Part shown: positions 54,090 to 64,000 of the stretch, one piece after another
How the letters are laid out: every line of letters starts with the position of its first letter
How positions within the stretch are numbered: position 1 is the first letter of the stretch
DNA from: Octopus sinensis
Lineage: Eukaryota
Length of the DNA stretch: 64,000 nucleotides
Assembly: GCF_006345805.1 (NCBI RefSeq)
Contig: NC_043008.1
Span: forward strand, 18,724,001 to 18,788,000
Direction of reading: 5' to 3'
Notes under the pieces: model-generated
Seen by the model: the letters and a program-made list of their open reading frames with translations, nothing else
The model's database searches: none
Told to the model about the DNA's origin: nothing
Program-made: the position numbers and the translations under genes

Positions 54090-54490
54090 GGTGGCGAGCT
54101 GGCAGAATCGTTACCATGCCGACAAAATGATTTAAGGTATTTCATCCGGATTTACGTCCTAGGTCTACTTTTGCCTAGGTCTAATTTTGCCTAGGTCTAC
54201 TTTTGCCTAGATCTACTTTTGCCTAGGTCTACTTTTGCTTAGGTCTACTTTTGCCTAGGTCTACTCTTGCCTAGGTCTACTTTTACCTAGATCTACTATT
54301 GCCTAGGTCTACTTTTGTCTAGGTCTACTTTTGCCTAGGTCTACTTTTGCCTAGGTCTACTTTTGCTTAGGTCTACTTTGCCGTTCATCCTTTCGGAGTC
54401 CATAAAATAGGTACCCGTTGAGCAGTGGGGTCAATGTAACCGACAAGGCCCTCTTCTCAAGAATCTCCAGCATTGTGCTTGATAGTAGAA
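54090..54490 (+). mobile_element. SINE family A interrupted by a 16-bp minisatellite (54158-54382)
   Basis: SINE head, then ~14 x AGGTCTACTTTTGCCT, then the SINE resumes at TTCATCCTTTCGG. Confidence 0.9.
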
Positions 54491-55109
54491 AGAACAAAAT
54501 ACCTCGGACGTTGGTAAACTGTTGGAGTATTCAGCCACTAACTAAATGTTGGATATTTTCGCTCTACTAATTTCTTTTCCCTTGATCAGCTTGGATGTTT
54601 TTTTTTTATCTCACCTCAAGACCACACCCAATGTTCTTTCCATCTTAATAGAAAAAGAAACATCTGTTGAATTTTTCACGATTTGGCTACATTTGTACGT
54701 TTTTTTGTTTTTTTTACTACATCCCATCCACCATCTTTTATGAAAAAATATCCTAGCCGTCTTTTTATATGATGAGGCAACTTATCTCACCGAAGACATA
54801 AAAGTTCACAGTAGTGCAGTATTTGCTTTATCTAGCATCATAGTTAATGTAAACCAGGAAAGAATCAGCGATTCAGCTGTAATTCTTATATTTATTAATG
54901 ACATTACAGTTAATCTCATTGACTTGGACTCACTGGTTTCTTCCAAGACACATTCAAACACTTTATTTCTGAATGTAAGACTGTTCGATCAAACTGAACA
55001 TGGGACAAATCAACGAAACGACAATTTATCGAATAAGTTTCTACGTGATTCCCCAGCGTTATAGAAATAACAACCAAATTCAAGTGAATGGGAATTCTAA
55101 AAGTGACGA

Positions 55110-55430
55110 CGCGTGACTTAGTGGTCAGAGCATTTGGCTCACAATCGTAAGACCATGAGATCGATTCCGAGCAGTGCGTTGTGTCACTTTATTTCAAGAC
55201 ACTTTATTTCATGTTGCTCCAGCAAAAATGAATTGTACCTGTTGGCAAAAATGAACTGTACCTGTAATTAAAAGGGCCATCCTTGTCACATTCTGCGTCA
55301 CGTTGAATTCTCCATGAGAACTACGTAAAGAGTATGCGTGTCTGTGGAGTAGCCAACCGCTTCCACATTAATTCCAAGAATTGGTCGAATCAATAGGAAG
55401 AGTCGTCATCGTAAGAGATGGAGTGCCAGT
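55110..55430 (+). mobile_element. SINE family C, diverged
   Basis: GCGTGACTTAGTGGTCAGAGCATT...CAAGACACTTTATTTCATGTTGCTCC...GTCGTCATCGTAAGAGATGGAGTGCC. Confidence 0.8.
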
Positions 55431-55679
55431 CTCTATAAAAAAACAACAACAGTTATACAAGGGCCAATGTCGATATAGATGAGACGAGGCACTGAGACAC
55501 GTTGTTTCAAAATCTGTTGAACCAGATCTTTTCTCTGGCTGAACAATAATGTCACTTATATTCACGAAACTATATACAACTCTGTAAAGTGAATCATATG
55601 ATACTTAACTGCAGTAAGGACTCAACTGTGTATTGACCCGAAGGAGTTCGATTAACTTAGATGAAAATTCCCAATAGAG

Positions 55680-56077
55680 ATATTGGTTTGAAATTTGGTG
55701 CAAGACCACAGGTTCGAAGAGAGTGTAAACCGTTTACATCGACGCCTTTGTTTAAGTGGTATTGAATTTATCGACCCTGAAATTTTGAGAGGCAAAGTCG
55801 ACCTCGGCGGAATTTGAACTCAGAACGTAACGGCAGACGAAATACCTATTTCTTTACTACCCACACGGGGCTAAACACAGAAGGGACGAACAAGGACAGA
55901 CAAACGGATTAAGTCGATTATATCGACCACACTGCGCAACTGGTACTTATTTAATTGACCCCGAAAGGATGAAAGGCAAAGTCGACCTCGGCGGAATTTG
56001 AACTCAGAACGTAGCGGCAGACGAAATACGGCTACGCATTTCGCCCGGCGTGCTAACGTTTCTGCCAGCTCGCCGCC
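55680..56077 (-). mobile_element. SINE-A: young full unit joined to an older copy at the GGTA|TTTCGTC junction
   Basis: Young tail at 55845-55900; diverged old-type tail at 55680-55790. Confidence 0.88.
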
Positions 56078-56619
56078 TTAACAACAACAACAACAACAAA
56101 AACAACAACAACAACAATAATAATAATAAACACCAAAATAAATATTTTCTTTTCTAGACTAGCGAATTACAAGCAAAATCTAAATCAATTATCACTTTAG
56201 TCTTCTTTATTTATTTATTATCCAATACGATGCCCTGTATCGTTTCACCTGTACTTAAAGGTAAATAAATTGACAAACATATATAAATATATAAAATGAA
56301 TAAATAATGTTACTTCTCGACTGTCTTAGGAATGGTTATGTACAACGAACACTGTTGATAATCTCACATAAATGATATTATACATCTAAACACATGGAGA
56401 GATCTGAAAATTAACCAACGTATGATTATTTCAAAAACACCAGTCGCCTTAAAACGAATCGAGAGAAAGATTGTTGCAGATTCTTTTCTACGTAAACCAA
56501 GATTCTAATTTAGGACCGGCAGTGACTACGGTAAATAAATTTGTACGGTTCAGTTCATCTTAATTCTAATCACTTCTTTCAATATTCAATTACGACATGC
56601 CTTCGTCTATATACATTAT

Positions 56620-57285
<666 letters not shown>

Positions 57286-57764
57286 CTAATGGAAAATTTC
57301 TCTGGAAATATCGCTAAAATGACCCAAAGGTGTTTTGTTAATATAACAAGAAAATGAGTATCAAAGGAACGCCTGTAAATTCATTCAGTTACTTGATTCA
57401 TAAGAGAATCACGTGTTCATCGTATTAGTTTCAGCAACGGTGTGCTAATCTTGCAAGCCGTAAAGGCTTCGGGAAAAAACATCTTCATACATAGATTATC
57501 AATCTCTTTGCATCAATTTCTTTCAGAAAAGCATTCACTCCTGGTGATTTTTCTGTAAGTAAATGCAATATTTTTCCTTCCCCACCCACCCATTGTAAAT
57601 TAGCTTTAAAGTCACCCGAGTTAAGGTTTGTGGTTTCTACAGCCTTCATTCTTTATGATTGTTTGTGTTGTTTATTTGTTTTGCTTTTGGTCCCTTTTCG
57701 TTTTAGCTATACTACATAAGCGACTGAAAAATTCTTTTGTTTGCGTGTACGTGTTTCTATTCGT

Positions 57765-58020
57765 GTTAGGCATATTTCTAAACCGAATAACGTCATATAT
57801 ATATACGGTCGTGCAATGAACAAATCTTCACCTTGGGCAAAATTATCGAACAAAGCCTGGAATATCAGCAATGGCAATCAATCATTTTCATTGAATATGT
57901 CAAGGCATTCGACAGCGTACACCGGAGTTAGTCGTGGTGGGTCGCTCCTGACTTCGGCATTTCCGAGCGTTCCGTCGACGCCTTTTGGGGTCTTTACCGC
58001 GTGTGTGGGTGTTCGATCAC
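57765..58020 (+). mobile_element. RTE-clade LINE reverse transcriptase fragment
   Basis: LGIFLNRI...EQIFTLGKIIEQSLEYQQWQSIIFIEYVKAFDSVHR...DFGISE...LY matches the RT motifs DQIFTLR.I.E...FIDF.KAFDSV. Confidence 0.85.
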
Positions 58021-58239
58021 ACACCGTTAACAATTAAGCCTCGCGCAATGGCCATACTCGATAACGAGGGGGGCATCCATCGTGTATGTATACTTGCTTG
58101 TCTCTATGCATTGAAAGATATTTATTTATTTATTGCTGAATCCCAACCAATTTATGATGTGTCAAGAATGGATAAGGGCGCCTTTGCTTCTGTCAGTGTG
58201 TCTTCAAATTTTAAAAATGTGTTAATGCTATTTGATATT

Positions 58240-58328
<89 letters not shown>

Positions 58329-58819
58329 ATGTGTGTGTGTGTGTGAAAATATATGTGGGGAAAATGAGCGTTTGAGTGACATCACGTGAGCGTGTTCTGC
58401 ATTTTTGCTTGTAGCATGTATGTATGTATGTATGTATGTATGTGTGTACGTACGTGTGTGTATATGTATTTGCATACAGCCCGTATTAACATTTATGATT
58501 ATCAGTATGTGTGTGCATTTGTCTTTGTGTGCGCGCATCGGTGTGAAATTTATTTAAATACGCCCATACACGAACTGGTGGCTGTGTCTATAGGGTAATA
58601 TAAAACACATTAATAAAGTGTAAAGCGTTGTGTTTCATGACGTTCCAAAACAAACGATGTAAAATTAAGCATACGCAGGAATTTATTTATTTTGAAAAGA
58701 AATTATTTTGCTTTTCTAACAAAAGCCACAAACTCTTGAGACTAGCACAACACATAATTCCTAACATTTTTAGGTAATTAACAAGCAAAAATAGACAGTC
58801 ATTTATTCACAAGTGTGGA

Positions 58820-59185
58820 AGCACTCCGTCGGTTACGACGATGAGGGTTCCGGTTGATCCGAATCAACGGAACAGCCTGCTCGTGAAATTAACGTGTAAG
58901 TGGCTGAGCACTCCACAGACACGTGTACCCTTAACGTAGTTCTCGGGGATATTCAGCGTGACACAGAGAGTGACAGGGCCGGCCCTTTGAAATACAGGTA
59001 CAACAGAAACAGGAAGTAAGAGTGAGAGAAAGTTGTGGTGAAAGAGTACAGCAGGGATCACCACCATCACCTGCCGGAGCCTCGTGGAGCTTTAGGTGTT
59101 TTCGCTCAATAAACACTCACAACGCCCGGTCTGGGAATCGAAACCTCGATCCTATGACCGCGAGTCCGCTGCCCTGACCACTGGG
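58820..59185 (-). mobile_element. SINE family C, young full-length
   Basis: GCACTCCGTCGGTTACGACG...GGAATCGAAACC...CTGACCACTGGGAC. Confidence 0.88.
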
Positions 59186-59491
59186 ACATTGTGCCTCCAC
59201 CTATTCACAAGTATATATTAAACTTTGGAGGTGACTGTTCTTATACAGCAGCTGATTCAGTAATGGGAATACAGAGTTTACGAGGAATTCAATGAATACT
59301 GTTTATACAAAGAAAATCATTTATGTTATTTGGATGTAATTAAAAAGCTTGTTACCTTTCCGTCCTTGTGCCATAATGTTTGACAAACTACTTTTGATGA
59401 CTTCCTTGACAGGCATTATTTCTGTTATGTAATTTTAAGGAGGTGTTTTCTTCCTGCTTTCCATAAAGGTGTTTTTACTCGCACTATATTA

Positions 59492-59890
59492 TCTTTATAA
59501 ATAAAAGTGAAGTTGTGTGCTGTCTGTCTCCTACGATTTAGATTCCTAACTACTCCCACATTTTGCGGTGCCGTTGAACCAAAACCGGGTATCTTATAGT
59601 CGTGATTCATATCGACCCCTTCTGGGTATTAGCACGCGTCTACGATGAGTCTACGATTAAAAAAAAGATTTACCATAAATTTTTCCCATTTTTAATGCAC
59701 TTTTGGCATATATAAGGGAAGTAACTCTCTAAAAATGTATTATTAAATCTCAGAACGTAAAAAGCTACAGGAACACCCCACCCCCTTGTGGTTAGCCATA
59801 TTGAGATGGCTATTATACTTTACATCTCTAAAAATGCTTATATAGTTATTTCCCTTACAAACCCGAGCAACGCCGGGCGATTACTGCTAG
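59492..59890 (+). mobile_element. Non-autonomous Helitron (second subfamily)
   Basis: A|TCTTTATAAATAAAAG 5' end; CCCGAGCAACGCCGGG hairpin; CTAG|T 3' end. Confidence 0.8.
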
Positions 59891-60379
59891 TTAGTTATAA
59901 ACCATTTCTGAAAGTCAATGACAGACAGATACAGAAAGAGGGAAATAGAAGAATTGACCCCTGAATTTGATTGTTACTTTATTTCAGTGGAAAGGATGAA
60001 AGGCAAAGTTTCACTTCTGCAGTATTTAAATCTACTGCTCAGATATCGAACAGAAATAGTTCAATGCATTTCCACGAATAACCTATAGATCTATTTACTG
60101 TCTGTTCGTATAACTGAATTGTGGTGTTAGAGTCCTCAGCTCGTCGTAATATATGGCCTGTCATGGACATGTTTTTAAAACTTGGTAGAGCTCAATCCAC
60201 TCCAGGTCTAAACGCAGTTGATTCTTCAAGATAGCGTGTGTGAGAAAGAGAATGTGAGGTCGAAAGAAGAAGAATCGGTCCCAATACTCTATTGGTGCTT
60301 TATTTATTGAACCCAAAAGGTTAAGCAGCAAAGGTGATCGCCACGAGGTCTAAATTCGAAGATGGCCGGAACAAATACC

Positions 60380-60613
60380 TATTTCTTTACTACCCACAAG
60401 GGGCTAAACATAGAGAGGACAAACAAGGACAGACAAACGGATTAAGTCGATTATATCGACCCCAGTGCGTAACTGGTGCTTATTTAATCGACCCCGAAAG
60501 GATGAAGGCAAAGTCGACCACCGCAGAATTTGAACTCAGAACGTAGCGGCAGACGAAATACTGCTAAGCATTTCGCCCAGCGTGCTAACATTTCTGCCAG
60601 CTCGCCGCGTAAA
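60380..60613 (-). mobile_element. SINE-A young full-length copy with a 15-bp TSD, nested in an ancient SINE-A (60290-60660)
   Basis: GCCGGAACAAATACC at 60365-60379 and 60614-60628. Confidence 0.9.
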
Positions 60614-61009
60614 GCCGGAACAAATACCGCGAGGTACTAATGTATCCTGTGTTCTAAGGACTCCCTCCACTTTGACGTTTTTGTTCAGTTTAAATTGTAC
60701 TATTGATTATGACTAATCTGAAATATAATACTAGCTTCGTAAAGGGGTACTAAGTTCTCGAGAATGTGAACATGCAATGCAGGTTCTAAATACGCTTCAG
60801 TTATTTCTTAACTTCCATTTTACTTCCTAAAATCTCTCATTTCTTGTCATGTGATCTACCGTTCAAAAAATATCCTCAGCTTCTATTTCAAAATGAAGTT
60901 TCACCCTAAATAACCAACGAGTTAAGGGATTGTAGTATTCTGTTTAAGAATTGGATCTTGATGTGCATATAAAACTACTAATAATTATTTCTATTAAAGG
61001 GGCAAGTGA

Positions 61010-61340
61010 AGGCGCACAGCTCAGTGGTTAGAGGGTCTAGCTTACGATCGTGAGGTTGAGAGTTCTATTCCCGGACTAGGCTGCGTGTTGTGTTCTTGAG
61101 CAAGACACTTTATTTCACATTGCTCGAATTCATTCAGCTGTAGGAATGAGTTTCGATGTCACTGGTGCCAAGCTGTATCGGACTTTGCCTTTCCCTTGGA
61201 TAACATTGGTGGCATGGAGAGGGGAGGCTGGTAGGCATGGATGACTGCTGGTCTTCCATAAAACAATCTTGTCCGGACTTGTTCCTCGGAGGGTAACTTT
61301 CTAGGTACAATTCCATGGTTATTCATAACCGAAGTGGGGT
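61010..61340 (+). mobile_element. SINE family C, full-length
   Basis: Colinear with 39835-40190. Confidence 0.85.
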
Positions 61341-61349
61341 CACCCATTA

Positions 61350-61550
61350 AAGGCACAAGGCGTGAAATTTGGTGGGACGGAATTAGTAGATTACATCGAC
61401 CCCAGTGTTTCACTGATATTTAATTTATCGACCCCGAAAGGATAAAAGGAAAAGCCCACCTCGGCGAAATTTGAACACAGAGCAGAGCGACGGAGGAAAA
61501 GCTGCTAAGCATTTTGCCCGGCTTGCTAACGATTCTGCCAGTACGCCGCC
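61350..61550 (-). mobile_element. SINE family A (older tail type)
   Basis: GATTACATCGACCCCAGTG...GACCCCGAAAGG...CTGCCAGTACGCCGCC. Confidence 0.85.
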
Positions 61551-63164
61551 TTTATAAAGCTAATAATAATGGTATGTAAATATTGAGGTGAAAAACTCTT
61601 CTGGAGAGAAAAATTTGAGAGCCATCCGTAGAATTCAAATCCTTATCACCTCTATCCTTGACAAATATTCTGACTTTGCATCGAAGAGGATCTAGAAAAT
61701 TCTCTTTCCATTTTAGCAATTTTATTCTTACCAACGAAAATTGTATGTTGTTGAGGTTTTAAGAATTTGTAATATATTTCAGCTTTCAAGGGTTCCGTTG
61801 TCTCCAGTGCTCGGAAAGGAAATGGTCCCAACCAGCTGACAACCTACACAGACTCAACGATGTGCTCCCTAACACTTAATGGATTATCTGATTCTTCTCC
61901 ATCATCAGCGCACTCTAAAGATTACTTGCACCATAATATAGGGGTGAATCAAACAAAACTTTTTCATTGTCATTTCCCTTTAATTTAACTCTCACTGTGT
62001 AGGCATCTAATCATGAAACAAAAACATGATCAAAGACTTTCTGGCATTACAATCCATTTTTTATATGCATGATTACATTGCCCAACGTGTCCTTTATTTT
62101 CTCTTCTTTTTATTGGCAGATTTTTATATATAGGTGATTTGGCTACTATTTCTAACGAGCCGTGCGCCTGTACAATCGTCTCCTCTGACACTCGTAGAGG
62201 AATCGGTTATAAAAAATGTGCCTTCACTTACTAAAACGTAGATAAGTATATATGTTTAACTTTTACAGATATTCAATAGGAAGCAAAAAATAGATAAATT
62301 ATAGATGCAATTACGAATAATATTTCATTCTAGATTAGGAATGAAGACAATCTTCTCGATATTATGAATATTTCTAAATAAATGTCATTCTCTCTGGGCG
62401 CGGCTATGATACATTTGGATAAATCATCAGAAGAAATTTATTTCCGTGCTCTCTTCCTTGTTTATTGTTAAGTTGAGAAGTAAATCCAAAACTATTTTTG
62501 TTTCCAATTAGAAGTTATCTGAGTAAATACTACGACTATTTCTATTTTTGTTGTCCCTATGTGTGTATCTCTGTTTGTGTTTGTGTGTACGTGTAAACAA
62601 AATTGAAATACTTCCAAACAATGCTAGATGTGCTTAAATTAAAACTTCACATACAACGGAGACTAATCTGAGGTAAACAAAAGACCAATATCTTTTAAGT
62701 GGTAATTGCTAAGAATTCTCCATTTTTCTCTCCTTTAAATATCAACAGCAGATGATATTCTTAATGTTATCATTCTCCATTAAGAGTATTTTCGGCAACA
62801 TTCAAACGATACTCGTCTCTAACAGCTGACCAATTCTCTAAAACCACCAGCATTACTTTTAGCTTACTATAAATCGTTTATTTTAAATGCTAAAATCTTG
62901 TGTGAGTGCTGGAGTCACGAGGAAGTCCATACCTTTCACCAGTTATGTTAGTTTATTCTAAATACCAGTTAAACCTAACTGTAAGCTGCCAATATCTGAG
63001 CTAACTGAAAGCTGTGTAATGCAATTAATCAGTTCTTTGATAATTCACTTAAATCTCAGTGAATTATCAGTGATCCGCTTAGTATTTGTTCTCGGTTCGT
63101 ATGTCACCGTGAATACAGCTGGGGACAATTATAAACGATATACTCTTTTCTACTCAAGAAACAA

Positions 63165-63370
63165 GGCCCGAATTTTGGGGGGAAGGGGCCAGACATACGG
63201 ATTAAGTCGATTACATCGACCCCAGTGCGTAACTGGTACTTAATTTATCGACCCCTAAAGGATGAAAGGCAAAGTCGACCTCCGCGGAATTTGAACTCAG
63301 AACGTAACGGCAGACGAAATACCGCGAAGCATTTCGCCCGGCGTGCTAACGTTTCTGCCAGCTCGCCGCC
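63165..63370 (-). mobile_element. SINE family A, chimeric (young body, old-type tail)
   Basis: Young sequence up to TTAATCCGTATGTCTG, then the CCCCTTCCCCCAAAATTCGGGCCTTG old tail. Confidence 0.85.
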
Positions 63371-64000
63371 GTAAACGATGTATTAAAACTAACGACTCTT
63401 GTTACCAACGACATCCTGTGAAGGTGCTATGTCTCCAATTACTGTGTGGGGAATCTTTATTGTAATCTTATTGTCATTTCAAATCTGACTTCAACTCTTC
63501 ACTTACTAAATTTTATCATTTTAACTCTTCATTTCTTCCTTGCTTTTCTATAATTTTCTTCAAACACAGGCAGATAAACCATTTAACTTTGAGGTGTACT
63601 AAACACTTGGACATTTTTCCTTCTGGTACAGCGTGTAAGACAATTAATCCTGCTTTAATTAATCTTTTTTTCATTATATTTTTAGTTATAAATTGTAATC
63701 AACACTCAACCTAATGCTCTAAACCAAACATACGTTGATTCCGCAGTACCCGCTACTACTATCTACAGGAGCAAGTATTCCAATTTTGGTTGTTTTATAA
63801 ACATTGTACTCCAAGATAATGAAATTGTAAATTTAGGGTCCAAATGCCTTGTCAAAGAATATTATGCTAAAAGAAAACTTGACTCCTAAAGTAAAGTCAT
63901 GACTATATAGGTATCACGCACTCATTTCCATATAATTAAACAAGAGTGAACCAACGAGGGAATTTTAGATTCAATGAAATGCTTTCTTGCTTATGACAAT

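Noticed and set aside
54158-54382. CRISPR-like or iteron-like 16-bp repeats
   Set aside because: Spacerless tandem array embedded in a SINE.

Overview
This is repeat-saturated, AT-rich eukaryotic DNA. Its SINE and microsatellite landscape suggests an octopus (coleoid cephalopod) genome, which is inference rather than a database result. No intact protein-coding gene can be supported, and nearly all tracked ORFs are microsatellite read-throughs. The window holds three tRNA-derived SINE families (labelled A, B and C here), decayed Tc1/mariner transposases, several MITEs, two non-autonomous Helitrons, RTE and CR1/L2 LINE fragments, and a decayed Penelope RT/GIY-YIG element. The most interesting signals are: (1) Penelope-associated minimal hammerhead-ribozyme motifs, with an intact-looking core at 19018-19061 and related or degenerate copies near 17.1, 17.9 and 27.1 kb; (2) evidence from target-site duplications (TSDs) that SINE-A inserts into older copies of itself at an internal GGTATTT site, producing head+(body-tail)n concatemers; (3) minisatellites born from SINE-A internal motifs; (4) a perfect CACGTG-N5-CACGTG (ChoRE-type) element in a CpG-rich, promoter-like region at the window start; and (5) a candidate pre-miRNA-like hairpin plus two exon-like islands.
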